Shown here piece after piece: positions 22,993 to 34,452 of a stretch of 64,000 bases of DNA. Within the stretch, counting starts at the first letter, position 1. Every line of letters starts with the position of its first letter. A model generated the notes under the pieces. It searched no databases and was not told where the DNA came from. It saw only the letters and a list, made by a program, of their open reading frames with translations. Source of the DNA: Porphyridium purpureum (Eukaryota); contig VRMN01000003.1 in assembly GCA_008690995.1 (NCBI GenBank), positions 1,798,001 to 1,862,000 on the forward strand, read 5' to 3'. The translations under genes and the position numbers were made by a program.

Positions 22993-23034
22993 GCTGCTGG
23001 CTGCTGGCTGCTCGCTGCTCGCTGCTCGCTCCTG
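22993..23034. repeat. Heptamer tandem repeat (GCTGCTS)x6
   Basis: GCTGCTG x2, GCTGCTC x3, GCTCCTG x1. Confidence 0.85.
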
Positions 23035-23450
23035 CATTTGTGATTCTGAAAGCACGCCACCCGCTCTTTGTTTCTGCCTTCACTGGTCGCGTCGCTGACT
23101 GCCTCAGCTGTATGTCCACCAGCGTGCCGAGGTTAATCAAAGTCTGTCGCCCTGTCCAGCGACTCTGTCGTCACAGCAGCCCATTACGGAAAGAACGTCT
23201 CTTCTCACGCGCTTGCTTGACATGCAGTACATTACTGCTGCAACCAGGCACGATGATATCCGGATCTTCCACCCTGATTCTACCTCGGCACTCCCACTCC
23301 CCAGGACTCCGGCCTCGGTGCAATTCAGTGTACCACTTCACTGAACCCCCGTCTGATTCTTAGTGCATGCGCGCAAGCACACGCGCGCACATATCAAAGT
23401 GGCGTGGAAAATGAAGACGGCGCACGCACGCGCTGAGCCGCGAGCTCAAC

Positions 23451-23464
23451 GTGTATAATAAAAA
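23451..23464 (+). promoter_or_regulatory. Putative TATA box of catalase
   Basis: GTGTATAATAAAAA about 310 bp upstream of the ATG, at the start of a G-rich leader. A similar GTGTATAAA lies upstream of asnA. Confidence 0.35.
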
Positions 23465-23682
23465 CAGGCGTGTTTACTTATGAACAGCTGAAGTAGACGC
23501 GCTGAAAGCGAGGCGTGGCGGGAAGGTGGAACACGAGGCTTAGATGGAGAGAGAGAAGATATCCTGGCTGTGGGTGAGGAGTGTGGACGACGAGGCCAAC
23601 GAGGACGCGGACGTCGGCTCGGTGGGGAGGTTGTTCTTGGTGCGTGTGGAGACAGCGAGGAAGCAGTGCTTGGAAGGCAGTC

Positions 23683-23720
23683 TGTGTGTGTGTGTGTGTT
23701 TGTGTGTGTGTTTGTGTGTG
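23683..23720. repeat. Interrupted (TG)n microsatellite upstream of catalase
   Basis: Direct observation. Confidence 0.9.
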
Positions 23721-23764
23721 CCTGGGGAAGGAGGGTAGCGGGAAGAGCAGGTGGATAGCACGCC

Positions 23765-25240
23765 ATGGACCCGACAAAGTATCGGCCGCGCGAGACGTTT
23801 GATGCGGCGCATTGGACGACTAACGCGGGCGCGCCCGTGGTCAATAATATGAACTCCCTGACGGTCGGCCCGCGCGGCCCGATTCTGCTCGAGGATTATC
23901 ACCTGCTGGAGAAGCTCGCGAATTTCGACCGTGAGCGAATTCCAGAGCGTGTCGTGCACGCGCGCGGCGCGACGGCTAAGGGTTTCTTTGAGACCACGGC
24001 AGACATTTCGGGTCTTACGTGCGCAGACCTGTTCCGCGGTGTCGGCGTCAAGACACCGGTGGCATTGAGGTTCTCCACGGTCGTGCATTCCAGACACTCC
24101 CCGGAGACGCTCCGTGACCCGCGTGGCTTTGCGGTGAAGTTCTATACGCGTGAAGGAAATTGGGATATGGTTGGCAACAACATGCCGGTCTTCTTTATCC
24201 GTGATGGAATCAAGTTTCCCGACATGGTTCATGCCTTCAAGCCCAACCCACGCACCGAAGACCAGGAATGGTGGAGGATCCTTGACTTCCTGTCGCATCA
24301 CCCAGAGTCGTGTCACATGCTGACGTTCCTGCTGGACGATGTCGGCATTCCAAAGAACTACCGCATGATGAAGGGTGCGGGCGTGCATACCTTCCGTTTC
24401 GTGAACAAGGCCGGCAAGGCCACGTACGTCAAATTCCACTGGCTGCCCAAGGCAGGCGAGCACAGCCTTCTCGACGACGAGGCAGCGAAAGTGGTGGGTG
24501 ACGACTTTTCGCACGCGACGCACGATCTCATTCGTTCCATCGAACAAGGCAACTTTCCGGAGTGGACGCTGTGCATTCAGACGATGGATCCGGCCACGGA
24601 GAACAACTATGACTTTGACCCACTGGATGTAACGAAGACGTGGCCGGAAGATAAATTCCCATTGCAACCAGTGGGACGTTTGGTCCTGAACCGCAACGTG
24701 GATAATCAGTTCTTGGAGAATGAGCAGATTGCGTTTTCGCCGGCACTCGTGGTGCCCGGTATCACGTATTCGGACGACAAGCTGCTGCAAACACGTCTGT
24801 TTTCATACGTAGACACGCAGCGCTATCGCCTAGGCGCCAACTATTTGCAGCTGCCCATCAACGCCCCGAAGAATGCGCACCACAACAATCACTTTGACGG
24901 GGCGCTCAACCCCATGCATCGCGAGGGTGAGGTGAACTACTTCCCAAGCAAGTTTGACAAGGTTCGCGAGGCGCCGCACCACCCGGCTCCGCGTACGATG
25001 GCATCGGGCGAGCGCGTAAAGTGTGTGATTGAGAAGGAAAACAACTTCCAGCAGCCCGGAGAGCGCTTCCGTACCTGGGACGCGGCACGCCAGGAGCGAT
25101 TCGTTGGCCGCGTGTCGGATGCGCTGAATGCGCCGCGCGTAACCAATGAGCTCAAGACAATTTGGCTGGGTTACTGGACACAGTGCGATGCCAACCTTGG
25201 CAAGGCGCTAAGCCAGCGTGTTAAAATGCAGAGCATGTAA
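23765..25240 (+). CDS. CAT: Monofunctional heme catalase
   Basis: [26 protein letters not shown], heme signature [10 protein letters not shown]. Confidence 0.98.
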   Translation: MDPTKYRPRETFDAAHWTTNAGAPVVNNMNSLTVGPRGPILLEDYHLLEKLANFDRERIPERVVHARGATAKGFFETTADISGLTCADLFRGVGVKTPVALRFSTVVHSRHSPETLRDPRGFAVKFYTREGNWDMVGNNMPVFFIRDGIKFPDMVHAFKPNPRTEDQEWWRILDFLSHHPESCHMLTFLLDDVGIPKNYRMMKGAGVHTFRFVNKAGKATYVKFHWLPKAGEHSLLDDEAAKVVGDDFSHATHDLIRSIEQGNFPEWTLCIQTMDPATENNYDFDPLDVTKTWPEDKFPLQPVGRLVLNRNVDNQFLENEQIAFSPALVVPGITYSDDKLLQTRLFSYVDTQRYRLGANYLQLPINAPKNAHHNNHFDGALNPMHREGEVNYFPSKFDKVREAPHHPAPRTMASGERVKCVIEKENNFQQPGERFRTWDAARQERFVGRVSDALNAPRVTNELKTIWLGYWTQCDANLGKALSQRVKMQSM

Positions 25241-25430
25241 TGTAAGTGAGAATGGAGTCAAGTGGGACCCACTTGTGAAGCATCGACGGCTTATGAAGCA
25301 CCTGACAACGAAAGCATTTGACGAAGAATGCATTCTGAAAGAGAAAAAAAATTGTAGTCTTGGTGTGACTGGTGAAAGAAAAAATTAAAGAATTGTTCTT
25401 TTTCCCCTGCGAAACTTTAAAGGAAAGAGG

Positions 25431-26867
25431 CTAGGCGCAACGCTCGTAGAGCAAAATATGCGCCTGCTCCATGCTCACCAGTTCAGGTAGAACTCTAAAG
25501 GGCACAGGGCCGCTCACATTGTACCACAATTCTGTCGGCTCGTGAAGAATGTGTACTACATACGAGCCGGTTTTGACAGACTCGCCTCGGTGTGAAATGA
25601 TGCTCCGCAGGCCATACATGACTGGAGATGCTGATGATAATTCCAGCAGTTGAAGGTTATGTAAAGGAAAGCTTACGTGTGTGGTTCGCATCGAATATCC
25701 GAATGCCGTTTTCAAGAGTCGATTCACATGGATCACCAGGAATCGAGGAGATCGAAGAAGCGAAAATGTGCATGGAACCTCAGTCTTTTCTCCGGTCGAC
25801 AGCCGAGTGAACCGGACGGACCGCGTTTTTCCGTTGTACTTTCGAAGGAGGTCTGACAGATGCACTGATGCTTGGTCTACATCTTGCGTGTCCATCATAT
25901 CCACAGAGAGCATCCAAAAGGGTATCTGATGATTTGTGGCCTTCGCAGGCTGGATGCTACTGTCGGTCCGCTGCTCATCGCAAAGCAAGACACCTCGGAA
26001 CCATTGCGACATACATGAGGCCGGCAACGGGCGAGATCTTTTCGCTGCGCGACGTTCTTCGGGTTCACGATGCTGAGCCTGCGGCTCATCCGTAGCAATT
26101 GTTCGATCTAGAACAGCCAAAAGCCAACATAGAAAGTCACTGGCAACAGCAAATCCTACAGGCGCGAATCGCTTGCCGGACGCTCGCGACACTGCATTTG
26201 CCAGTTCAGCAGGTGAGCGGTGCGTCTTGAGCGGATTCACTAACCACATTTTCTGCACGAGGACGGCAAGTGCCTGCAAGACTTGGCGATCTTGTTCGTG
26301 CTCTGCCGTGTTTATGCTACTGAAACCGTTCGAAGAAACTCTGTATCTCAGCAGCAAGTTCCGCACCTCTGGAACGGATACGAGCGCCAGGACAACGCAA
26401 TTAAAGTAGTTTCCCGTGTGCAGGACGTCCAAGACCATTACGCCATGTGCGTGCCTTTCACCATCCCATCGTTTGACTGCGGGAGATGCCTCCTTTGATG
26501 ACAGACTCCTGGCGCAAATCGCGTTCACGTGCGCTTCCTTCAAGCCCAATCCGCAGCTTATCCGCGCTTCGTCAATGACATCATCTAGCTTTGACGCTGA
26601 AGCTGCAGAAATACGCGAGCCTTGCGGGAGTGCGTAGATCGCTCCATCACCACTGCCCACTTGTACGAACAAATGATGAGCGCGCTCCAACGAATGCAAG
26701 TACGCTGGTGACGACGTTCCTAGGCCGGCCAGCGTCTTGCCGCACTTCAGGCACATGTAAACCCCGCGAACACTTAGGGTCACTGAGCACACAGCCGCTG
26801 TGTCAAAGTCAAGTGCCGCTCGGTTGACATTGTTATTCAACTGCAGCTCCTCTTCCTCACTCTCCAT
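25431..26867 (-). CDS. USP39: U4/U6.U5 tri-snRNP protein Sad1/USP39 (ZnF-UBP plus inactive USP domain)
   Basis: NRAALDFD..CSVTLS...VYMCLKCGK...AYLHSL...HH zinc finger, followed by USP-fold motifs without the catalytic Cys; SPAELANAVS..SGKRF. Confidence 0.85.
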   Translation of the reverse strand: MESEEEELQLNNNVNRAALDFDTAAVCSVTLSVRGVYMCLKCGKTLAGLGTSSPAYLHSLERAHHLFVQVGSGDGAIYALPQGSRISAASASKLDDVIDEARISCGLGLKEAHVNAICARSLSSKEASPAVKRWDGERHAHGVMVLDVLHTGNYFNCVVLALVSVPEVRNLLLRYRVSSNGFSSINTAEHEQDRQVLQALAVLVQKMWLVNPLKTHRSPAELANAVSRASGKRFAPVGFAVASDFLCWLLAVLDRTIATDEPQAQHREPEERRAAKRSRPLPASCMSQWFRGVLLCDEQRTDSSIQPAKATNHQIPFWMLSVDMMDTQDVDQASVHLSDLLRKYNGKTRSVRFTRLSTGEKTEVPCTFSLLRSPRFLVIHVNRLLKTAFGYSMRTTHVSFPLHNLQLLELSSASPVMYGLRSIISHRGESVKTGSYVVHILHEPTELWYNVSGPVPFRVLPELVSMEQAHILLYERCA

Positions 26868-27499
26868 GGCACAGGTCGATAAATGCTCAAGTATTGGAAG
26901 AAAATTTTACGTAGTGCCTGTGCAAGGAGCTGCCTAGTTTCGAGCGAGGCCGGTCCTCTTCTGCAGCATCGTGGTCGCATGCGACGTGGCGAAGACGCAC
27001 CGCATCCGCTCTGTGCAGGCAATCACGTCTCGATGTGTGTCAATGAAATGTGGTATGGTCTCAACTCCATGTTGAACTGCAATCGGTGGCGTCCGATGCG
27101 CTACGCGTTCGCAAAGGCCGCCTTGGTCTCGCATGGTTCGATCGTGTACACATCCAGCATGATCACCATTCGGCTGTAATGTTATATCACGTGCTGTGGC
27201 GATGCAGAGAACGTTTGGTCCGGGCAAATGACCTCGGAATGGGCGTCGCGAGCACGCGAAGTTTTCAGCACCAGCCTCTCTACCAGCAGCGCAGCATCGA
27301 TGCAGGGTGGTGTGAATGAAAGTGCAGGCGCCGCAGACGCCGTCTTCGTCCATATCGATGTCGCAGCCGGTGCTCCAATGAGTGCACCGGCGAGAGTCGA
27401 TGTCGCGGTCTTGATTGCAGTTTTCGATCTTGAAGGTGATGTCTGAGGATCACAATCTAAAGCAAGGTCCAGTATTCCACGCCAGACGTATCGCCAACT

Positions 27500-28100
27500 G
27501 GTCTGCAACATTCTATGGTGCTTTCCACGATCCACGTGCATAAATCCTGCTTGAACTAGAGTGCATTGAGAGAGACGTCAACCATGTTCGTCGCGCAAGA
27601 CGGATGCCAGCCAGTAATAAACTGGTTGAAAGAGTCGGCTCCAGCAATCATGCAGTCCATTCATGGCAGTCGTGAGACGTCCTACGCATTGATGTTGTGA
27701 TGAAAACATCGTGCTTTTTCGAAGGCGCGTATCATTCTCTACAAACTAGACGTGCCTCATGCGCCGAAGTCCTCATCAAAAACGATGGCCCTCGTGAACA
27801 ACTCTCACATGGTGGACACAGAGCTCGCACGCCAGTGCGCCAGCGGTAAATTGAAACCCGCTGCTTCTTCGAACACAGTGTTAGTGACTTGGACATTGCG
27901 GGTTATACATCGAAGGAGTTTGGTTGACTTTCTTGTACGCATGGGCGCCGATGTGAATTGCAACTTCGGTCACCCGAATCCGACCGCGATAATGACGGTG
28001 ACCGCACCGCAGTGCGACTTCATCGAGCCCTTTGAAGTACTTTCTGGGCCCCGCGCTTCTTTCAGTATTGATAACATCAAGCGCCTGATTTCTCAAAACG
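27500..28100 (+). pseudogene. Degenerate ankyrin-repeat-like fragment
   Basis: RETSTMFVAQDGCQPVINWL and LVDFLVRMGADVN segments separated by stops and frameshifts. Confidence 0.35.
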
Positions 28101-28159
28101 AGAGGCTCTACGGAGCGCACACAACATCACGCCGCGACTCTTACAACTCTCGTGTTATG

Positions 28160-30538
28160 TTAGTAGCGAATGCGGATGCGCTCAATTGGAAGACGATCGC
28201 GGTTTACCGAGCGACACTCTGCCCGAAGCACCGCATGGTAAGGCCGCAGAAACACAGGAATCTCTGAAGCAAGCTCATCCACAGAGCGCGAAGCCAAGAT
28301 AGACCGAACCTGCAACTCCTCCTGAATCAACGAAACACGCTGGGAAAGCCGTGGTACCTCAGACTCGCTCTCTTCTCTATCTGAAACATCGGACGACGGC
28401 AAAGAAATGAGACTCGTGGTCATCACGGCACGAGCAGCCCGCCGAGCAAGCCCACGCATGAAGGCCGCGTAGCAAGCAGGATCGACGCTCAGACCGGTCC
28501 GCTTCATCGCGTAGATGACTTTGAGTGCAATATCTGGGCGAGCACTTTCACCACAATTTGAAAGCAAAGCAAAAAAGCAAATGGGTTCCGGAGCCTTGCC
28601 TGGTAAGGATTCTAGCGCGCGTTTCCACATTGCGAGCGACATGTCGATGCTTGGACCACTGCAGATAGTAATTACATGCGCCCACAAACGACTCTGTACT
28701 GCGCGGTCGTGCAAGACCGAGGCATTTATGGAAGCTGGCTTTTGCACGGCCAGCAGCTCATTAAACTCACACAGAAATTGTGCCGCATCGTCTGGCTGAT
28801 TCAGGTACCAATGCGCGCAGAGTATCGACTCGCAGTGGGAAGCATCGAGATTTACGCGCAGGCGCCGCATCTCTTCCACAGTCCGGCGTATTGCGGCCAC
28901 GTCTCCGACCGCAGCGTGTGCTTCTAGCAACGGACCATATGAGTACCGGTCCGGTATAATTTGGTGCCCCTCTTTCATTCTCATGAGTTCGACATAGGTG
29001 CGCTTCGGGTCGCCCATCACAGCGAGCAGGCCAAGGAGCGCGTCCCATGCAAGCTTGTCGCCGTGCGGACTTTGATCACCGAAGAATTCTAGGTACAGCT
29101 CTCGGACCAACTCCTTCACCCTCTGCACCCTTTTAACACGCCCCATTCGTATTAAAAGCGTCAGGTTTCGGAGCACGAGCGTCACCGTCCGGATATTTAG
29201 AGGTAATCCGAAGCGTGATCGCATGAGCCCAAGCGCAGCGAACAGGGCATCTTCATGGTCAAACGGATGCCGCTCTCGCGCATGTTCCCATAATCGAAGA
29301 CTGAAATATGACTCTGTTGGCAAAACTTTGTCGGAGCAAGCAATGAATGCCTGCAGGAGCGTGTTGAAGCTCACTACGTCAGGCTGGTTTCGAGATGCAC
29401 GCAAACCGCCAAAGTACGCCAGTACGCAGTCCCGATCTTTTCGCTTGATGAAACCCTTCATGAGCAAATTATACGTCCGCGTCGTCGGCCGCGCGCCAAA
29501 AAGTCCCCTTCTCATTACCGAAAACAATGACAAGGCTTGTCCTATCTGCCCCTGGTCGAGCAAAGCGCTGAGCAGCATATTCGCTGCATTGAGGGCACCG
29601 CGCAGCCTCGTTTGCCTGCGCAACCGCGCTTGTTTTCCGGCCAATGTCGCGAGACCGGCCCCCGAAAAAGCTGCATACTGCGTGGCTCGTTGCGACTGCT
29701 CATCCGAGAGGGCGTTCCCAAAATGAATGAAAAAAGATAGCCCCCGCTCAAGATCATTGCTCTCTATACACGCACGCACCAGCTCTGTGCATGCAACATT
29801 GTTAATCAAAATGTGAAGCGCAAGCATTTCATCCAGAACGCGCACCAGCCCGGCAGCGTCCTTACTGGTGCGGTACGAGTGAAGAAGCAAATTATACTCG
29901 AACGCAGCTGCGTCCAGGCCAAACAACGACAGGTGCTGCCGAGTCTTATGAACGTCGCCAGCCCGTGCGGTGTCCCTTAGCATTTTTCTCAGTTCAGAGC
30001 GGGACGTGTTCCCTCGGGTTCGCACGTAAGAAATCGATGATACTGGGCGACGCCACCTATCCTCGTCGTCCAGATCCAATCCGTTTCCTCTGGATACCTT
30101 GTCTTTCCTTAATGATGACGAGCTTCTGGGTGCCACACTGAATGCACTCCGTAGCTCTCTGTTCAGACCAGCTTTCTCCTCTGTTTTATTGTCGCGCTCA
30201 GCGTCGCCCCTCACCCTCCGTTGCCGGAAAGGGCTCACACCACCGCTTGACGAATCCAACACATCCTTTCCCGAAGACGAAGCATGCGCATGCGTTTGCA
30301 CATTGGATGTATGCGTACATACTGACGATGACAATAAGTGGTCCGGATCAACTCTGGGCCGCGAGACTCGCGGCGGCCCGCTCCCGCTGATGTCTCTGCT
30401 CCGTATTCTGTCCCGGCGCGCACGTGTTTCAAACCCTCCCGCTATGCAGTACGGCACGAACGCCGCGCATGGCGCCGCGGTCAATGAGCACTGCACATGC
30501 AGCTCCCCGTGGGGACCCGCTCCCATTGTTCCGTTCAT
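28160..30538 (-). CDS. Pentatricopeptide repeat (PPR) protein
   Basis: PPR repeats PTTRTYNLLMKGF, PDVVSFNTLLQAF, PDRYSYGPLLEAHAAVGD; transit-peptide-like N-terminus. Confidence 0.9.
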   Translation of the reverse strand: MNGTMGAGPHGELHVQCSLTAAPCAAFVPYCIAGGFETRARRDRIRSRDISGSGPPRVSRPRVDPDHLLSSSVCTHTSNVQTHAHASSSGKDVLDSSSGGVSPFRQRRVRGDAERDNKTEEKAGLNRELRSAFSVAPRSSSSLRKDKVSRGNGLDLDDEDRWRRPVSSISYVRTRGNTSRSELRKMLRDTARAGDVHKTRQHLSLFGLDAAAFEYNLLLHSYRTSKDAAGLVRVLDEMLALHILINNVACTELVRACIESNDLERGLSFFIHFGNALSDEQSQRATQYAAFSGAGLATLAGKQARLRRQTRLRGALNAANMLLSALLDQGQIGQALSLFSVMRRGLFGARPTTRTYNLLMKGFIKRKDRDCVLAYFGGLRASRNQPDVVSFNTLLQAFIACSDKVLPTESYFSLRLWEHARERHPFDHEDALFAALGLMRSRFGLPLNIRTVTLVLRNLTLLIRMGRVKRVQRVKELVRELYLEFFGDQSPHGDKLAWDALLGLLAVMGDPKRTYVELMRMKEGHQIIPDRYSYGPLLEAHAAVGDVAAIRRTVEEMRRLRVNLDASHCESILCAHWYLNQPDDAAQFLCEFNELLAVQKPASINASVLHDRAVQSRLWAHVITICSGPSIDMSLAMWKRALESLPGKAPEPICFFALLSNCGESARPDIALKVIYAMKRTGLSVDPACYAAFMRGLARRAARAVMTTSLISLPSSDVSDREESESEVPRLSQRVSLIQEELQVRSILASRSVDELASEIPVFLRPYHAVLRAECRSVNRDRLPIERIRIRY

Positions 30539-30656
30539 CAATCACGTGCACAGTATTCCCCGCAAACACGGCGCACTCTGGGGCTCAATGTTCAGGGGCC
30601 GAGCTCAACTGCAGATCTTTATTTCCTTTATACCAACCCGGAAGACGAGGTAGTGG

Positions 30657-33575
30657 TTACCGCATGAACGAGAGAAATGCCGCAGCGTGGCTGCCTGCGA
30701 GCTCATGCGCCTGCCGGCAGAGGGTGAGTTCGTGTAGTTCTTGATAGCGACGGCAGACTGCGCGTATCTCGGCAGCCGTGGCATCGGAATGGCTACTGCT
30801 TTCGCTGGGTCCAGGGGACGTCAGTTGAGTAGCGTCAATCAGAAGGGCCCGCAACGTCGGCGTAAGCTCAGAAAGAAACGCGTGTGCCACGTGGGTTCGC
30901 TCGGCATGTTGCTTCTTAAAGATCGTTTCGTGCGCCTTGACGTTGCCGCTGGGTCGCAGCAGCGGGTGCATTGACTTGGCGCTGCTTCTCGTGAAGCGGC
31001 TTATTTGCCACTCAAAGCCTTTTGCGTCCAGACTCTGGCGTAGAAGCAGACCCGTTGAGTCGACTTCGCAGAGTGCTCGGCGAATGGCCCAATTTGAGCT
31101 TTCCGCCGGTAACAGATCACGGAGCGTCCCGAAAAGTTCCAGACTCACAGCATGTGGAGTGACCAGGCGTGCGCCTCCAGTTCCCTGAATCAGGTACGCA
31201 TTCTGGGCGAAAAAAAGTTCCGGCCTTTGAGTGTTCTCTGGCGTGGGCTTGGTATCTTCGGCGGATCGAGCATCGTTCAGGATACCTGTCTCGCAACGCC
31301 GAACGGCTCCTCTCATTTCCTTCTGGTACTGTTCAGGTTTCGGTTGTGGAAGCAGGAGTGATTCTGTTCGAGTGCCTTCCTGGCAGAAGTCTTGAGGCTT
31401 TTCCAAAAGTTTGGTTTGGTCATGAGAAGGAGCGTCCGCGACAAGCTCATTCTCAATTTGAGCTAGTATGTCATTGCTTGCAGTGATACGATGACGCAAA
31501 ATTGACGTTGCTGCAATCTCAGCATCTGTCTCATCCAAGTCATTCCCCAAGACGCCATCCTGCTCCACGCACGCATAATCTATGATCGGATCATCCTCGT
31601 CGTTCGAACTATTTCCCGCGCTCGTCGCGTGATCTTCAACGATGTCCGCAGCATCGATAGCCGTGCTTTTGGTGACAATATCACCAACGAGTGGTGATCG
31701 CGCGCCTTTCTCCTCTTCCGTGAATGACGCACGAGGTAAAGCATTGGCGCATGGTTCCGCTGTGTGCTCTGGCGCCCCTCCAGAAGCTGCCGGCGAGGCT
31801 GGAATCATGACTACGGCGGCATTCGAACTGTTGGTAGTACACCGCGCGCGCTTGCCAGGAAATGCGTCTGGCGACGGTGTCCCAGCACGGGCGTCGAGCT
31901 CGTGGCGGGCAAGTGGTGCAAGCTTTTGCGCGTGCTGGCATGATTCCTGTCCGTGCAAATTCATGTCAATAGCAGCCTTATTCTTCAGCTTTGTAATCGC
32001 AACCTCCCCATGATCAGTGCACGTGAGCAGGCCACCGCGACAGGGCGTCAGACGAGCTTCGAGTACGGTCACATTTGGTCGATGGCTCACCCGTACCTCG
32101 GCTAAACAGCGCCAGTTGGCATCTGGGTCTATAGAGTTTGTTCCACACTGACGGCCTGCTTCCGGACGCGTGATGATCTGCCAGAGGCGCGCGGTGCCAT
32201 CGGTCGAACCGGTGCTCAAGAAGTGCCCACAGGCAGACCACTCAATGAAGACGACCTTGCCCTTGTGCCCCACGCAGCGCGCCACGAGCTCGCCGGTGGT
32301 GACGTGCCACACGCGCAGGATACCGTCGTACGCGCCTGTTGCCAGCAACGAGAAGCGCCGGGGTTCCGAGCATGCCCACTCGACGGGGCTTCCATCATGC
32401 TGAAGCGTGTGCAGTAGATTGCCCGTGTCGGCATCCCAGATTCTCGCTGTGGCGTCCGCGGACACAGACGCGAGTCTCACGGTGCGCTCGCTCGAGTATG
32501 GAGGACTGCAAAATGCGAGGCTGTTGACGCATGCTGCGTGCCCGCGCAGTGTGTGCTTGAGCTCGGCCTTGCCACTCCCACTGACCCCAAACACGCACAC
32601 GGTCCCGTCTTCCGAACCGCTTGCGCATAGCCACTCACCTCCTGCGTCGGAACTAGCGCTCACGGTGGTGAAGTTGACGGCATCTGCGTGAGGGCGAGAA
32701 AAGTAGCCCACCCTCTCAAACTTGGTGTCCAGCGGAGACAAACAGCGAAAGATAGAGACTCGTCCAGCATCATCACCCACAATCAGGACACGACCGGTGC
32801 TGGAAAACGCGCCGTGCTCGATACGTGCACCGCGCAGGCCATTCTTGCGCGATGCTGGCATGGAACTACGGAAAACGCGACGATTCACAAAGCCCTCGCG
32901 CTTGCGGTTTTCGCATGCGGCATCGATCCAGCGCGGTGGGCCCGTGGAGCTGTCGGTGCCGCTGGGAACAGAGCTGCCGCGTCCATTTTGCAGCACCTCA
33001 CGAAACGCGAGCAGCGACCCGGTACTTGTCCCTGCAACCAACAAAGCGGGGCTTGACGGCGACACATACGTGGACACCTCGGCGAAGCAGAACTCTGGCT
33101 CTTCATCGTTCGTCAGGTTTTGCTCGTCGTCAGCTGCCAAGTCCGCAAGCAGTTGGAGAGGCGTGAGTGACGCTTCTGATTCGTGCTTTCCCACGACACA
33201 CTCCCACAGCCACAGCTTGCCGTCCGAGCCCGCGCTCACAAACTGGGCTCGTGCTTCTTGGGCCTGTAGCTGCGAGGGCTCACTCGTCGACTTTGTTGCC
33301 TGCAACTTGTCACGCCACGTGGGCGGCAGGAAACCCATAGACTGCACGGCATAGGCGTGCTGCGCGGCGCTTGTTGCGTGCGGTGCGCGTATGACATATT
33401 CGGGTCGCCACGCGTGCGCAGCGGGATGTGTTCTTTGAAGAATGACGCTGGTCGCGCTCCTCTTGCGCGGCTGCTTCACGTGGGAACCGGCATGGGGTGT
33501 GTCTGGAGCAGGCAGTTCCGCAGCACCTGCTGCGTCGCGCAATGCGCGCAGCTGCTGCCTCTCCGAGATCCACAT
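30657..33575 (-). CDS. WD40-repeat protein
   Basis: Multiple GH...WD repeats (LRGHAACVNSLAF, SVSADATARIWD, TGAYDGILRVWH, GHKGKVVFIEWS, TGSTDGTARLW). Confidence 0.85.
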   Translation of the reverse strand: MWISERQQLRALRDAAGAAELPAPDTPHAGSHVKQPRKRSATSVILQRTHPAAHAWRPEYVIRAPHATSAAQHAYAVQSMGFLPPTWRDKLQATKSTSEPSQLQAQEARAQFVSAGSDGKLWLWECVVGKHESEASLTPLQLLADLAADDEQNLTNDEEPEFCFAEVSTYVSPSSPALLVAGTSTGSLLAFREVLQNGRGSSVPSGTDSSTGPPRWIDAACENRKREGFVNRRVFRSSMPASRKNGLRGARIEHGAFSSTGRVLIVGDDAGRVSIFRCLSPLDTKFERVGYFSRPHADAVNFTTVSASSDAGGEWLCASGSEDGTVCVFGVSGSGKAELKHTLRGHAACVNSLAFCSPPYSSERTVRLASVSADATARIWDADTGNLLHTLQHDGSPVEWACSEPRRFSLLATGAYDGILRVWHVTTGELVARCVGHKGKVVFIEWSACGHFLSTGSTDGTARLWQIITRPEAGRQCGTNSIDPDANWRCLAEVRVSHRPNVTVLEARLTPCRGGLLTCTDHGEVAITKLKNKAAIDMNLHGQESCQHAQKLAPLARHELDARAGTPSPDAFPGKRARCTTNSSNAAVVMIPASPAASGGAPEHTAEPCANALPRASFTEEEKGARSPLVGDIVTKSTAIDAADIVEDHATSAGNSSNDEDDPIIDYACVEQDGVLGNDLDETDAEIAATSILRHRITASNDILAQIENELVADAPSHDQTKLLEKPQDFCQEGTRTESLLLPQPKPEQYQKEMRGAVRRCETGILNDARSAEDTKPTPENTQRPELFFAQNAYLIQGTGGARLVTPHAVSLELFGTLRDLLPAESSNWAIRRALCEVDSTGLLLRQSLDAKGFEWQISRFTRSSAKSMHPLLRPSGNVKAHETIFKKQHAERTHVAHAFLSELTPTLRALLIDATQLTSPGPSESSSHSDATAAEIRAVCRRYQELHELTLCRQAHELAGSHAAAFLSFMR

Positions 33576-34425
33576 CCCACTCCGTGCGTGAGCGACGCCA
33601 CCACGTCAGCTTTCGCACGCCAGAACTCCTTACAAGCCCAAGTATCAAGATCCCCGGGCCACGACCGAACGCGCAGCGCGCACTTCACACCAACACACAA
33701 ACGCAAATGCAATCGCTGAAGACACTCGAAACTCTGCTTGAGTCTGTCGCTCTCACAACACCAACCACGCCAGCCCGTTCGCGCTTACCCGGCGGCCATC
33801 TCTCTCTCAGTACACACATTCATGCCATGGCGCTCCTCCTCCGCGAACGCGCACGCCACCGCCCTTCAACCCCCAGACGCCCCCCGGCCGCGCGCTTTTT
33901 TGGTTCAACACGCCGTTCCGACGTTCGCACGCGGCGCGAAACCTGTCCGTCACGCCCACATACACTCACACTGTACCCTACTCGCTAATTTTTCCAGAGT
34001 AGTGTACAGCGCACGTGAAGCTGTTGACCTGGAATGCACCCTGAAACCCACGCGGCGTTTCTTCCGCACTTTCCCTTCCATCCTCAACACCAGCAGCGCG
34101 TCGCGAGATCGACTGGCTCCTTCCTCTTCTGTTCGTTTTGTTGCTGCTGATGACGGAGTGTTGTCATGGTTGTTGCCACTGCCACTGCGGCTACAGTCTA
34201 CGGCTATGCGACTGCCAAACAGTGATGGGCTGTGCCCGCTTTCTCACGGGTCGGCATGTTCGGCATGTTCGGCGGTGTGGCCGTGTCGCGGTGGAGTGGT
34301 ATGGCTGGCAACACACCACGGACTCCGCCGCGACACCCACACACAACCCACCCACCATCTCGTCAAAGCGACACGTTTTGATAGACGTGTCGATGTACAC
34401 CTAGAATAAATGAACCTCTAGACGC

Positions 34426-34452
34426 GTGTGTGTGTGTGTGTGTGTGTGTGTG
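34426..34452. repeat. (GT)n microsatellite
   Basis: Direct observation. Confidence 0.9.

Noticed and set aside
23540..24790. 416-aa antisense ORF over catalase
   Set aside because: Shadow ORF produced by strong codon bias; no independent motifs.
25431..26867. USP domain lacking the catalytic Cys as a novel pseudoenzyme
   Set aside because: Sad1/USP39 is a known inactive DUB.
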